A stretch of DNA of 64,000 nucleotides from Octopus sinensis (lineage: Eukaryota). The stretch is from the NCBI RefSeq assembly GCF_006345805.1, contig NC_043006.1, positions 30,194,001 through 30,258,000 of the forward strand, given 5' to 3'. A program made the translations under genes and the position numbers. The notes beneath the pieces are model-generated. The model was given only the letters and a program-made list of their open reading frames with translations. It was not told the origin of the DNA and searched no databases. Shown piece by piece: positions 11,691 to 25,981 of the stretch; within the stretch, counting starts at the first letter, position 1, and each line of letters starts with the position of its first letter.

Positions 11691-12565
11691 TATATATACA
11701 TATATATTTAATATTTTGGACTAATGGGTATATGTCGAATAGTGTGTTGAAGTATTGAGTAGAGCAGTAGCACGGTTGGGGCTTCCTGGTGTCATCTGCA
11801 GTCAGGGTGTGTTTCTGTTGGATCTACTTCAGGAACTCTGCAGTGTTAGTTGAGATAATGATAATTAAGTAACCAGAAGATAGATTTGGTATTAATCTTT
11901 TTGTACAACAATTGTTTCAACCCATGCTACTGTCCCTTATGGGTGGGACTCCGGTTAACATATGCTGCATCCATTTTGCAGTCTGGGTCGCATCAGGTAC
12001 ATCCATGCCTAAAGTGGTGTTTCACTAAAGATCCCGAGTTTAGCCCATGAAACATTGCTACAATTTCCATTACTATTAACTTTCCATAACAAAAATTGTA
12101 AACATTTGTAAATATAAGCAAATAACAGTTGATAAGAAAGAAAAAAAAAGAAAATATTTTTTGCAGGGGAAGTGATTAGGAGATGGACTGGGAGGGATTG
12201 GGTTACATTAGGTTTTAAGACAAAGGAATGGTAGCAGAAAGAGGAAGAGAAAGGAAAAAGATATATATGCAGGCTAAAGTGTTTAGTGAGCTAAAGGTTG
12301 TTTTGCTTGCTAGCTTAAGTTGGGATGCATATATATGCACTCATACACCCACACAGAGATGTTGGCACCCTGTCCATTTGGTCAATTGTAGCTGTGGTTT
12401 GTATGATTTATGGTTGGAAGATAACTTCATTAAAAGTTTGTCATTACGGTTACTTTAAGATTAGGGCTGCTTGTAGACAGTTTGATACGTTCTATATCTA
12501 TATCATTCAGGGTGAATCACACACACACACACTTATTCCTATATATACATACACATGTGTGTATG

Positions 12566-12596
<31 letters not shown>

Positions 12597-13239
12597 TTGC
12601 AGGCATACACAAATACTCATTACATATGTGTGTATATGCACATATACACATACATACATGTATATACATGTGTGTACACACACACACACATATATGCACA
12701 CACTCGCATATACTTAGACATATACATGTGCATGTGCTCCTGTCTAGATCTATGTATTTCTACTGCTTCGTTAGTTTTCCAAGCAGTAACTATTTATTGA
12801 CTATTTTATTTGTACACAGCTGCATCGTAAGGTTATTTTTGTCTCTCTCTTCTGTTAATTCATGTTTTACATTCATTTAAAAAGCTATACTCTAATACCT
12901 TTATAATTGCAGATTGAAGTGACTCATGGTTGCATTCCAGAGGTGTCATATAGGAACATATACAAACATAGCTGTATCTAAGCATAATAAACCATATTTT
13001 TTGTCTCTTTAGTTAATCTATTACATTTTTTTGAAAAAGCTATATTCTAGTGACCTACTGTTGCATTCTGCAACTGTCCTATATGAACATCCATAAATAC
13101 ATGTTGCGTTCTTCTTTGGTATAGGATCCATGGTTGTAGTTCATGAAGTTATCAATTGTGGGTGGTGGTGGTGAATTTGAATGGTCTTTTTTTTTGTGTT
13201 TGGTTTGTATTAGTTAGGTGTGGTTTACACTGTACTGTG

Positions 13240-13960
13240 TGAATGTCTGTTTAATTGTATACATGCATCTGGGTAGTTATTCAGCAAATCTATTTATAAT
13301 TCATTCTTTTGTCAACATTATAGACAGTGATTCCTCAGAACAAAGCTGGCATTTCCGGGACAGTGTGTTATAGGGACTCGTCTGTCTAATTATTGACGAG
13401 GTCAGATTGTATTTTACCTGCTCTTCCTTAAGTCACCAGATAAAATCAGCCAGAGATGTAGCATACTGTTTAAGGACTTTTTGTAAACTGGCAATGTGGT
13501 TTTGATATCTGTTTTTGCAAATATCACCACTTTATGTATGGATGTACCTGATGTGACCCAGACTGCAAAATGGGTGCAACACAAAATGTTGAACAGAGTC
13601 CCACCTATAAGGGACAGCAGCAGGATGGGTCAATATGATTGTTGAACAAAATAAAGATTAATCCCCAATCCATCTTCTGATTACTTAATCAATGATCATT
13701 ATCTCATGTATGTAGAAAGTTGTTCTTTGTGTGCTTGGAGGCTCACGAAAATATTTGAGTAAGGGTTGTATGTTTATATGTTTCTTTCTAGGTGTTCATT
13801 GTTCTATGAGTAATTTCATAGGTATATAGGAATTTTAAACTTTCTGTTTTGTGAAGGTAGAGTTTCTTTGGTGTTTGTCTATAAAATTTTTACAAATTCT
13901 GTTCTAGTTATATGCTAAAGTGGGGCTGATATAGAAAGTGTGTATATATTCATATATAAA
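13240..13960 (-). pseudogene. Decayed Penelope-like element, GIY-YIG region
   Basis: Hand translation gives RYQNHIASLQKVLKQYATSLADFIW*LK and YNTLSRKCQLCSEESLSI...INRFAE..RC, matching the PLE pattern RYxNHxxSF..TxLSxxIW / CxLCxxE..LNxRxE..CRH. Interrupted by stops and an insertion at about 13520-13700. Confidence 0.55.
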
Positions 13961-15216
13961 AATGGGAACTAAAACATAATATAATTAAATTTTAAAAATA
14001 TATAGGGAAAGACAAATTTATATAATGTGTGAAAAGTACAGAATACTAAGGAGATAATGCATAGTTTTTAACTCGACAACTGTTTCTAGAAGTTCAGACT
14101 TAGGTAGTAATTGTAATGTTCATAATTAGCAGATGGAATGTGCAAAGACTGGCTTCCTTCATCAAGGGAAAGAATTAGCAATAGCAGTTCATATAGTGGT
14201 GTGAGAGATTTAAAGGCTGACGGGGAGAAGAGAAAGAAAGGAGTAACAGGTAAAGAGGTGGAGGATGTAAACTGCTTAGGGAAGGGGAGTACAGAGATAG
14301 AGGAAGAGCAGTAATCAGAGGGTGGGGAGTGAATGGAAGTAGAAGAGTTGCATCAGAAGGTTGAGGGGAGGGGGCAAGGTAAGGTCAGTATAATGAAAGG
14401 AGGTGCTACTGGTGGTCAAATATGTTGCTAGGTAGATATTAAATCAAATTATGGATGGTTACTGACTATGGAGAAAGACAGGAAGAGATATGGAATAAAA
14501 TAAAAGAATAATGGTAGCAGGGAGGGAGGGATGCCGAGATAGGGAGAATAGAAAGAAGCAGACCTTGAATGAGTTAGGGATGGGAGTTGGTTATAGGTAC
14601 ATAAGAGACCATGATGATAGATGGGAGAAGGCATTGAGAATAATAGCAAATAAGAGAGGAGAGAGAGAGAGAGCCATGGCTGAAGGCACAGAAAGGGGGT
14701 GATTGGTAAAAATAGTGTTGGCAGGGATGCTTATCAGGAATGGCAGTGGTTCCAAGGGGAGTGAGGGACATAACCACCAGAAGGGTAATATGTGCTGAGT
14801 CTGCTTTCATTTGATTACAGCAGCCAAGTGGTACCACAGGGAGTGATAGGTGTTAGGGGATGAGAATCATGGGAAATGCTTGATGGGGCAGTGAGAAAGA
14901 GGTAGGAGTAAGGCCCTGCATGTATAAGCATTCCAAGTGGTTTTGGGATATCAATTTTTGCAGTACTGATTATCTTGTTCCTTTGTCATCTCCTCAGTCA
15001 AGTACTGGAGTCGATGTAATCGACTAGTCCCCTCCCCCAGCACTGTAGGCATTGTACCTTTTGTAGAAAGGATTATTTTCAAAGGGTAAAAATCTAGAAA
15101 GAAATGAAAACTTAGTTATCAAAAGTGAGTATGCATTTTTGAGACACCCTCTGTGTGTGGTGTGTGTGTGTAAAACAGTGGCATATTTATTTGTGATGTG
15201 ATTAATCAAATCTTAC

Positions 15217-15327
15217 CTCATTGTTCTGATTAGTGTCCAAATAATCAAAGACATACTCAATATCATGTTCACTTGTAACAACTTTGTCAAACAGGAGGAT
15301 GTGGTCTTGGTAATTTAGCTCAGGATC
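15217..15327 (-). CDS. Patatin/EF-hand phospholipase, coding exon 9 (DPELNYQDHILLFDKVVTSEHDIEYVFDYLDTNQNNE)
   Basis: Acceptor ttcgtttag, donor GAG|GTAAGA, 111 nt, phase 0 to 0. Encodes the entering helix and first 7 residues of an EF-hand loop. Confidence 0.85.
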
Positions 15328-15792
15328 CTAAACGAATGAAAATCATTAGTAAAATTATCTGTTATAATTAATACAACAATGGTATTTAACCTATATCTGT
15401 ACATCACAAAAATGAATTAGAAGAACTAATTCTGAGTGGTCAGTGGCCTGAATTTGGACAACAAACCCAAAGTAACATATATTAAGTGCTGTACAAGATA
15501 AATTCTTGATTTAATTGAAGCTGTCTTTATTTTGAGAGAAGGTAAACAAATGCCTGGTGAAACTTTAGTAACACTGAAGGAGAAGTGGAGATAATCTCAA
15601 GAATAAAGAATTTCCCAGAATTGGTGTAACATTATAGAAAAGCAGTTGGTTTTTTTTTTTTTCTGGAGATGGGAAGACAATTAAATGGCAGTCATCAATA
15701 CAGTAGTTGTCCTATGTTGGTTACAGGAAACATAAGGCTTAGGCAGCATACAAAACAGCAGCAAACATTTGCACCATTAAAAGAAAAAGGAG

Positions 15793-16284
<492 letters not shown>

Positions 16285-16290
<6 letters not shown>

Positions 16291-17176
16291 AATCCATTTA
16301 TATATACACACAGAGAATACATATATGCATTCATACATACGTATCTACTACATATGTGAGAAATTTTGTTTGTGGACTTGTTAGCTAACTTCCTACATCG
16401 TTTTATCGATTTTCATGAAACATGACACGTGAGTAGAACTCATGCCTGGAAACCTCATGGCATACTCAGATTGTTGAAAACATCGATAATAGGGGCTCTG
16501 GAAGGGATCCTTATATATAGCCAAAAGAAATAACCCATTCATTTTCCTAAATTATTTGGTAAAAATGAAATTGAGTATGCTTATTTCTTAGTATTTGACT
16601 GTTAGAGTTATTTTCGCAATTTCTCCAGTACAACCCTTAAACAAGTAAATAGTATTTTCCTAAACAATAGATCCACTTATTTTGGTTAGTGACTTATTCA
16701 TGAATATACCAACACTAGCGCCCCTAAGGGTAATATTCTCTGTGAATGCACAAGACCCCTTTTCAGAGTTACTTACTTTGAATTGCTATTATCTCATATC
16801 TGATTAGCCTGTTATTACGTAACATGCTCCATGATTTTAGTATACATACCTAATTAGTATTTCCTCCTATGTTCTATATACTCTGGGGATGCATTAAAGC
16901 CCTTTTTGGGGCTACTTTATTTGAATTCTTATCATCGGATAATTGATTTAATGTTATTACATAACTGATTTCACAATTTGGGTATTCATAACTTATTGGG
17001 AATTCCTAAAAACAAGATCCTGTGTAAGACAGTTTGGTATTCTCTGTAGATGCACAAAAACTGTTTTAAAGGTTACATTCTTTGTATTGTTGCTATTGGA
17101 TTAGTGAAACAATTATGAGAACGGAACCAAGGGATAAGCCCCGCTTTCCCGGTAAGTACCAGGTATGTCAGCTATC
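16285..17176 (+). mobile_element. Probable non-autonomous Helitron
   Basis: The 3' end cccggtaagtaccagg-tatgtcagcta resembles the hairpin+CTAG end at 36474-36501. Boundaries uncertain. Confidence 0.4.
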
Positions 17177-17749
17177 TCTATATATAAGTAGAGCATTTTC
17201 TATAAATAAAACAAAACTTTGGTCCTGATCCTGTTTCTAGAAGGTGGATTGAAAGTGACATCAGCTCAATGGTCACAATAAATAGCCACCAATCCTAACT
17301 ATTTCAAATCCCATTCTTGATCAATGCTATCTTCTCTTGTCACTGTTTTTAATTCTTCAGCCATTGCTGGGTGTTGAGGAATGTCCCACTTGAACTGTGA
17401 AAAGCCATACAATAATCCCTTGACTATTGTGAATGTTACATTCCAAAACATCCCACTTAAATAATTAAGATCTAAGAAAATATAAATAACTATCGGCTAC
17501 AGAAACCTGTGATATACTGAGGAGTCTGCAATATAAATTTACATATTAGCCAGAAAAATCCCCGATGTACTGAGTGTGCAACAGGTAAACCACAATGTAC
17601 TGAGTGTGCGATAGGCAAACCACAATATGGCATGGGATTACTGTATTGGCATATGAGAACTGTAATGAACATCAAGAAATCAAAATGATTGGCACCGTGA
17701 TTATGAGATGGCAACAGGAGCATGCATTGACCAGACGTCTGTGGGTGCA

Positions 17750-18700
17750 GCTTGGCACCTAGAAAGGCAAGTCCATGCTAACCAACATTATGAATCACTG
17801 GGCTAAATGTCGTCCAACCTCCAGGTGGATAAGATGAGGTCACAAGTGGTCAGTTTCAACCATAAGTAGGCTAAAAAGTTCTCGTAGAGAGCTTGCAGTG
17901 AAGATAGCAAACACAGGAATGTCCTTTATTACAATCAGACCTTATGCCTTGTCTGAATTTTTATTTGAGCACATGATCTTTTGCTTCTTATGAAAGAGAT
18001 GCAATCTAATGGTCAAAAGGTCCCTCTGCTGCAGGTTGAAGAGGTGGTGTGTTGAATCTAATGATACATGGACATGCATTAAAGCTGCAGAATTTGCATT
18101 GCTCCTGGATACTTAAAAGTTTTAGTTTGTGAAGCATAATTTCTTGCAGTTTGTCTATTCGCAGGTCAGGCAAAGACCAAAACTGGGTTTCAGAAATGTT
18201 ATCAGGCTCCCACAGTTGTTTGTCAGTGGAACAACATGGTCAGTGTTACATCAATGCTTACATTCTATGGGGAAATGGGGTGGGGGTGCAGAGTGGTGAG
18301 CCTGTATGAAACCATTGTCAAGGAGACTCTCGGTAATTTACTGAACAGCCTGTTCCAAATAACTTTCAACACAAAGACTATGGACAACTTCAAAGAATCC
18401 CTGGTCTGCTGTTGAAGAGGAGTATTGCCAATTTTGGATAAACTCTACAGGCACTGTTGCACCATCAGCCAGACTTTTGTCTCAGAAATGTGTAGGTCAA
18501 TTAAATCATTCTAAATACATTGGTTCAATGTCCAAGCAATGTTGACTTGTAGAGTTATGTTGACCAGTATTGTCGCATGTGAGACATATTCAGCTGATAG
18601 CAAAGTCCATTGTGAGCATCACCCTGCCACCTTCCTTTGATCAACTATAACAGGAAGTTTTCCTGTCTGGTGGCCACCCCCTTGCAAAAGAGACTGCTTA
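17750..18700 (-). pseudogene. Highly decayed LINE (CR1/Crack-like) RT C-terminal region
   Basis: Hand-translated fragment IRFNTPPLQP...H*IASLS resembles the LQPLxHRRxxASLS motif. Many stops. Confidence 0.35.
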
Positions 18701-18955
18701 GCAGACATGACTAAACAGGCAGAAGACATATTCTTTACTGTCCAGGTTTTTTTAAAATTCTTCAAGTCCCACTTACATTGGTTTAAACCTACATATTACA
18801 GTGCAGTCAAGTTAGATTCCTTTGGCCATGAAATGGATAAAAAATACAGAAATAAAATGTGAAATTTTAGAAGACAAGAAACAAACCATTCAAAAGACAG
18901 GTATTTCAGATTAATATCATTTTAGAAGCCTACATTTCTTAAGTATAATACTCAC

Positions 18956-19024
18956 AAGTAAGGCAGCAGTTAACATTTTCATATCAATGGTTCTTCGGTG
19001 TTGTGGGTTATGTTTAGCAATGGC
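18956..19024 (-). CDS. Patatin/EF-hand phospholipase, coding exon 8 (AIAKHNPQHRRTIDMKMLTAALL), degenerate first EF-hand
   Basis: Acceptor ttattatttcag, donor CTT|GTGAGT, 69 nt, phase 0 to 0. Confidence 0.75.
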
Positions 19025-19065
19025 CTGAAATAATAAAAATATAATTACTACATAGCTTTTCATCA

Positions 19066-19519
19066 TCATCATCATCATCATCATCATCGTTTAATATCTA
19101 CTTTCCATGCTGGCATGGGTTGGACGATTTGACTGAGGACTGGTGAACCAGATGGCTGCACCAGGCTCCAATCTGATATGGCAGAGTTTCTACAGCTGGA
19201 TGCTCTTCCTAACGCCAACCACTCTGACAGTGTAGTGGGTGCTTTTACATGCCACCAGCATGAGGGCCAGTCAGGCGGTACTGGCAACGGTCATGCTCAA
19301 ATGGTGTTTTTTATGTGCCGCCTGCACAGGAGCCAGTCCAACGGCACTGGTAATGACCTTGCTCAAATGTTTTTCACGTGCCACCAGCACAAGTACCAGT
19401 AAGGTAACGATCATGCTCAAATGGTGTTTTTTATGTGCCACCAGCACGGAAGCCAGTCAGCTGCTCTGGCAATGATCACGCTCGGATGGTACTCTTAGCG
19501 CTCCACTAGTACGGATGCC
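19066..19519 (-). mobile_element. RTE 3'-end copy
   Basis: (CAT)n followed by cgtttaatatctactttccatgctggcatggg... and internal tandem atgtgccaccagcac repeats. Reverse complement of the 6075-6617 family. Confidence 0.75.
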
Positions 19520-19805
19520 AGCTTTTATTTTAATAAAATTTAATTTGTATTAAAGTACCAGTCTTAATGGAAATACAATGAAGCAGAGGGGTACTTATAG
19601 TGGTATGTAGAGCATGTGATGGAGAATAACTGAATGAAAGCAAATTACATGAATGGACAAACATGGTCATGTGTTATAAGCTTTTTTATACCTGGTAGAT
19701 ACAAGGCATCAAACAGCAGTCAATACACAAACACACAACTTTACCACTAAAACTCCATCCTACCACTTCCTGTCACTTCCAAAACTTTAGGGTTATAACC
19801 ATTGA

Positions 19806-20261
19806 CAGGCTCAGTTAAGACCCATAGAGGCCCCAAGCACTTAAAAGGTTTGGGTGCCCTTAAGTATATGTAAATGGTTCAAAATGTAAACAAAAATAAT
19901 TCAAAATGTAAACGATAATAAACCATAAAATAAATTTTTATTTTTCAAAATGAAACAAAATTCACAGCAAGATGGAAAATAATGTTTATTTTTGTATGCT
20001 TCCATTTTATTTGTATTTGAAAAGTTTTCTCCTTCGTTTTTTTTTTTTTTTTATTGCAAAGTGTTTGATGATATCATTAAAATTAGATTTATGTAAAACT
20101 TCTGCTTCTATACTTAGTAGAGATAAGGCATTACGAATGTTATTTTAGCAAGTTTAAAGTGATTTCTTTTGTGCCGTAAACCATTTCCATTTCTGTGGTC
20201 CCCCTGTCCCTTGAAGCCCTAAGCACGTGCTTATTTTGCTTAATGGGTTAATCCAGCACTG
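19806..20261. mobile_element. Probable hAT-type MITE
   Basis: Imperfect TIRs caggctcagttaa / ttaatccagcactg around an AT-rich core. Confidence 0.4.
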
Positions 20262-20329
20262 ACATTTAATAAGGCATGATCAAAGTTAGATCTAGTGAGA
20301 CTGTAGATATGCTTAAGCGGAGATTAGTA

Positions 20330-23160
20330 GATGTGTGCAAAATGTTAGATGGAAAGCATCCTTAACCAAACTCCTCACAGACAAGACACAGCAGTACAAA
20401 TTTGTTCTGGTTGAGAAATAGTGATGGTATGAGTTGGGTTGGCATATAGTTAAATGAGAAATGGATAAAGTAACTGAGGCAGTCAGAGTGTGCCATAGGA
20501 TAATTAAGGAGAGATCTAGTTAAGAGGCAACTCAACAGCAACATTTATTACTACATACACCCCACACTCAGGATTGACAGAAGAACAGAAGGACCACTTC
20601 TATGAGACTCTTCTGCAGACAAACTCAATAATGACTGATAGTAACTTCATCATCATGACTGGTGATTCCAGCTGGCATGTTGGCCAACGCAATGACAACT
20701 TATATGATATATAGAGACTATGGGTATGATTCAAGAAATGAAGAGGATGAAAGACTCTTAGAGTTCTGTGATACATGTGATCTAACAATTTGCAACACAG
20801 ACTTCAAGAAAGGCACCAACTACCTCATCACCTACCAAGCTGGGAAATACATAAACCAAAGTCAGACAGATTACATTCTCAGAAGGAAACATGATAGAGA
20901 GGCTGTTGTGAATACAGGAACTTTTCCTGGTAAAGAATGCATGATGCAACATAGGTTAGTAGATGGTGGCTTCAGAGTCAGAGCTACACAGAAATAGAGG
21001 AACAATATGGTGAGGGAAAGTATGGAAACTAGAAGAACCCACGATTGGGAATAAGTTTAGAGTATTTCTAAATTAATAGTAGGAAGAAAAATTTAGCACA
21101 GACAGTAATAACCTGCTTAGAGTTCCATATCAAATGTGTGGATGGTGTAAAGTCCCAGTCAAAGGTTTGATATGGTTGATGGGACTGTAAAAGCTAAGAG
21201 AATTGGAAGACCTGGAAGGAAAATGGTAGCAGAGAACATTGTCAAACAGATAGAGGGACAACTAAATGATAGGTATACTTGGTTAAGGGTGAAGCACAAA
21301 GGAAGAGACTTACACATGTCCTGCAACATTAGGATCAAAGGAATGATGTATTCAGAATTATAAGGTTAGTATATGTGTTAAAGAGAACCAATGTGTCACT
21401 GGTGAAAAGTACATTGAAAGTGACAAAGATACACTTTTCATCACTTGAAGATGACATAGTGGAATGGAAGTGTTATAACGAGGATCTGTTGAATATGGAG
21501 AATGCATGGAATAAAGAGGGCCTACTTCATGCTGAACATACAGAGGAAGATGCAAATCAAGTTGATATCAACGTGGTAAATAAAACAAACATATGAACGG
21601 AAGGGAAAATGCAGGACCATCAGGGATAGTAGTGAAGATGCTCGAAGTATGAGGTGAGGTAGCAGCAGACATGGTAACAATCCACGTAGTTAATCAAGTA
21701 ACCCAGCAGAGTGTCATTCTCAGTGATTGGCACAGCAGCATCATCATAAACTGCTACAAAGGCAAAAGAGATGCCTTCAAGAGAGGAAATTGTAGAAGAC
21801 TCAAACTATGAGATCCAATTATGAAGGTAATAAAGAGAGTCATAGCATAATTAATCCATAACAGAGTAAATAGAGATGTGATGCAGTTTAATTTTGTACC
21901 CTGAAAGGCAATTACAGAAAAAATACTTGGCTAGGAATAGACTGTTTCTAGTTGTCATTGTTTTGGAGATGTATTCAACAGGGTTTCAGTTCTCCCCTAC
22001 TCATTATACTCTTTCAGGTATCATAGGAGAGTCTAAAACTGGCTTGGGAGCGAATCTATATAGAATTAGAGAAGAAATTGCAGGCTAAACCTAGAATTAA
22101 GAAGCCTCAGGTAAACCTAACACAGACTAGTCTATGGGCAAGATGACCAGTTTCTTGTATCTTCAGGGAATTGAGCTGTAAGTGTAAACTCTACTTACTG
22201 TACCCAATGCAAACTACAGATGCACAAGAGGTGTAGCAAAACCACAGGCAGACTGTCAGAGAATGTGAACTTCATATGTGACAGATGCCCTGGAACAATA
22301 CAGGCCATGAACACATCATCATTTAGTGTCTGTTGTCCATGCTGGCATGGATTGGACAGTTTGACCAGGGCTGTTAAGCTGAACTCCAATCTGATTTGGC
22401 ATGGTTTCTACGGCTGGATGCCCTTCCTAATGCCAACCATTCTGAGAATGTAATGGGTACTTTTACATGCCACTGCCATGGGTGCAATTTGCAGGACACC
22501 GGTATCTGCCACAACTGCGATTTTACTTGGCTTGATGCATCTTCTTCTCAAGCACAACATAATGCCAAAGGTCTTGGTCATTTCCTCTATGAAGCCCAAC
22601 ACTCAAAATTGGATCTCTTAAATGCTGAATGGCTCGTTAAAAGTAGTTGGTAGCTTCTATTATTAGGAGATGTAATTATCAGAGGAAATGGTTGCTCTGA
22701 AATTAATCAGAATAAAAATGAGTTGGATAAAAAGTTCTTGGAGCCACTACAGTTGCTTTTCTGATAAGAGTGAGGGGCGAATGATATGAATTGTGTTAGA
22801 AGTGCCATGTTGTATGGTTTGAGCCATGAGCCTTGAATGCAGAAAACTTGTGAAGATTAGAAAGAAATAAAGGTAACATGCCCATAAAGCCAAGAGAAAA
22901 ACTGGGTATGAGAGAAATCAGGGGTAGAGGTGCAAGGAGGAGTACTGCATGAGGACAAGTATGTGATGTACATGGAGGCTGAGAATTCCAAGTTTGTGGA
23001 AGAGGAACACCAAGAAGGACTTGGGTTGGAGTGGTGAATACTACTTGAAAATATAGCTTCTTGTGGAGGAGATGATAAAAACCTTGCTGATCGGAGATAT
23101 GTGGTGCTACAGAAGACCTCTCCACCCATGGCAAAATGCACCTTAATATATCATCATCAT
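20330..23160 (+). pseudogene. Decayed RTE LINE body (AP endonuclease and RT fragments)
   Basis: Fragments TFITTYTPHSGLTEEQKDHFYETL, ITYQAG..SQTDYIL and VRSAMLYG. Interrupted by an inverted RTE 3' copy at about 22311-22630. Confidence 0.6.
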
Positions 23161-24018
23161 CAGTTAACATCAACTTTGCATACTGGCATGGGGTGGATAG
23201 TTTGGCAAGCCAGAGAATTACACATGTCTGTCTGTCTCTAAGTAAATTTATTCCTCACCAAACTCATCTGACTGTCCCATCATGTTACATCCTCCCACTC
23301 CATTTCATCTATTATACTCAACCTGTTCTACCACTAAACAGCACACTCTGCCAGGTGACTTCTATTGCTATCCAACACCTCTTATCTCACTACCCACCCT
23401 TAAATTTCTAGGATGCCCTCTAGCCCTTACTGTACCCCACCTACTGTTTTCCTCTACCTTTCTCTCCTATTTTCCCAGATGAGGAGGTATCTTGTAGAGA
23501 TGGGGACTGACTGGGATTCTGCTTGATGGGTTCCTGGGAAGACCCAGGAATATACCAACAAATGTTGAACGTAGGGGTCATGCACTGCAACAGTGCATGA
23601 CCCCACACCTGACCCAACCTCATAACCACATTGTTCAACTACTAAGTATATTCTTTTATAATTTCACAAAATAATCAGAATTAATTATCATGAATTTATC
23701 AGAATCTCACTGATATTAATTCTTTAAAAAATACAAGAGCAGTTTGTAGAGTCAACATTCTTCAACATTTATTCCAAACTGTGTTTGTGATGGCTCATGG
23801 TAAAGTCATATTTTCCAAACCTGATTCTCAGTCTTTTCATTTCTTTTACATTGTTAGCATCCTTGGGAAATGCACAAACACCACATAATTTCCTTATTTT
23901 TGTATAAATCTAAGCCCACGACCTTCCACAAGAAATTAATTTGCATATTCTACAATAATATAAATATTCTAATATATTCAATAATTTCCATACTTTTTAC
24001 ATGTTTGAAAATACTAAC

Positions 24019-24103
24019 CTTCACCAATTTATCAAAAGCATCACAAATCTCTTCATGTTTTGTACATTCCTGGAATTTTTTGCTAGTGTTTTCTTTTCTC
24101 TTT
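24019..24103 (-). CDS. Patatin/EF-hand phospholipase, coding exon 7 (KKRKENTSKKFQECTKHEEICDAFDKLVK)
   Basis: Acceptor attttacag, donor AAG|GTTAGT, 85 nt. Only the phase-2 frame is open, and that is the phase left by exon 6. Confidence 0.8.
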
Positions 24104-25013
24104 CTGTAAAATAATGTCAGAATGTGAACATGTCAAAATAATTAACTCATACAGAATAAATAATAAACAACTTAATAAATATGCTGCTAGGTGTCTCTGC
24201 TTATGAAATAAGATTTTAAATTTTCACATTTTATTTTACACATGTAACAGATTGTCACCAGTTTGTAATGGTAGAAGTTTGTGAATTTGTATGGTTGAAA
24301 TTAAATTGTAACAATAAAGATTAACTTTGTGTAACGATATTATGGTAAATGATAATATGGGAAACGATAACATGGTAAATGATAGTTGAAACACAGTAGG
24401 AGAGAATGTCAGCATCATAATCAGTTTGTAAGGATCAGTTCTTCGTTGATTGCCATTATGTAAAGATGAAAGAACTGTGATTGAAGTTGTGAAGAAAATA
24501 TTTATTTTTACCGTTACATTATACAATACCTTGCCTCAAAGGGCAGGTGATGAAACCGAAGAGCATGCGAAGTAAAAAAGTTAATTTTGGCCTGTGTGTT
24601 CTTGTAGTAGTAAACCATAGAGAGAGATATGAACTTTTAATAATCTACATTTTTTATATTCTTTGCCAATCATTTTTTGATTTTATCTACCCTTGTCATT
24701 GAATTTTGTGAGCATGTAATCATTTAAACATGTTTTCTACTTGGCAATTTTAAATTAGTAAAATCCCTTTGTTTATATGTTTATAGCATTGATAAACAAA
24801 AAATTGTTGAAATTAGCATGTATGTAAATAAATTTATTTAGAAACAATTTTTCAATTCCAGGTGTATTTTCAAAAACAAATTCTCCTATATATATACACA
24901 CACACACACGCACGCACATTTTTATATGTATAAATCATCACCAACACCATTGCAGTTGTCATCATCATCAGTAGTGGTGACAATCATCATCATCATCATC
25001 ATTATTAGTCAAT

Positions 25014-25230
25014 AAGGCAGTGAGGTGGCAGAATCATTAGCATGCTGGGAGAAATGCTTGGCAGCATTTTGTCCGTCTTTACGTTCCAAATTCAAATTCT
25101 GCCAAGGTTGAATTTGGCTTTCATCCTTTCAGGGTTGATAAATTAAGCACCAGTGAAACACTGGGGTTGATGTAATCGATTAGTCCCCTTCCCCTCAAAT
25201 TTCAGGCCCTGTTCCTTTAATAGAAAGGAT
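25014..25230 (+). mobile_element. tRNA-derived SINE (same family as 790-990)
   Basis: Head ggcagtgaggtggcagaatcattagc...aaattcaaattc, core gctttcatcctttcagggttgata, (TTA)n tail. Confidence 0.7.
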
Positions 25231-25981
25231 TATTATTATTGTTGTTGTTGATATTGTTATGTGTTTTCCATATTTGCATGAACTAGAAAGCTAGTCACTG
25301 TTCAAATCGGTTCTTATTCAGAATTACCATTTGCCAAGTTTGGTCTGAGGAATATGCCTCACTCATTTTAGCCTGGTTTCTATGGTTGGATGCCCTTCTT
25401 AATACCAATCACTTGACAGAGTGTACTAGGCAATTTAGCACCCAGAACATTCTATAATTGGTTGGTGTTTGGGAGAGCATTACAGGACTGAAAGCTATTA
25501 TTTTTGCCAAGTGTCTAATTCTAAAGTATCTTCAACAAACACTCATATTTCTAAATAAAACTGTCCACTAAGCTATAAACAGATGCATTAGGGAGGCAGA
25601 ATTTACTGCAATGCTTTTTATCATGCTTCCAGTGTGTCCTTAATAAATCAGCCCCTCTAGTTGTAAAGAGAGGCACAATTCCCTGTTATAAGAAACTGAA
25701 CTTTTGAATAATTTAAGTTCATTAAGAATATTTTTATGTATGTCATTCAGTACAACCCTCCCCTACTGGCCATGACAGTCTAAAGCCATGCCACTGACCC
25801 ATTTGAGTTATTTCCCTTAGCTCACATTTTGGAATTAAGCAAATCATACTGGTCAAAATTCTTTGTAAATCTATTTCTGTTTGTCAAAGTCTATGGTCAG
25901 AGAAAAAAGGTAACTCTAAGTTGATAGGTATTAGTAAAAATCAGATGTATAATGTTTACAAAATGGAATGTAACAGCTTAC

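Noticed and set aside
17288-17446. 52-codon open stretch on the minus strand (...KWDIPQHPAMAEELK...)
   Set aside because: No splice sites fitting the gene model, which is already complete without it, and no recognisable motif.
19240-19480. Regularly spaced atgtgccaccagcac repeats resembling a CRISPR array
   Set aside because: Internal tandem duplications of the RTE 3' UTR, with related spacers, in a eukaryotic context with no cas genes.
25328-25362. HIPQTKLGK segment as a candidate exon 6; splicing it to exon 7 would create an in-frame TGA (possible selenocysteine)
   Set aside because: There is an in-frame stop just upstream, no good acceptor, and it abuts a repeat. The exon at 25982-26085 fits the phase without a stop.
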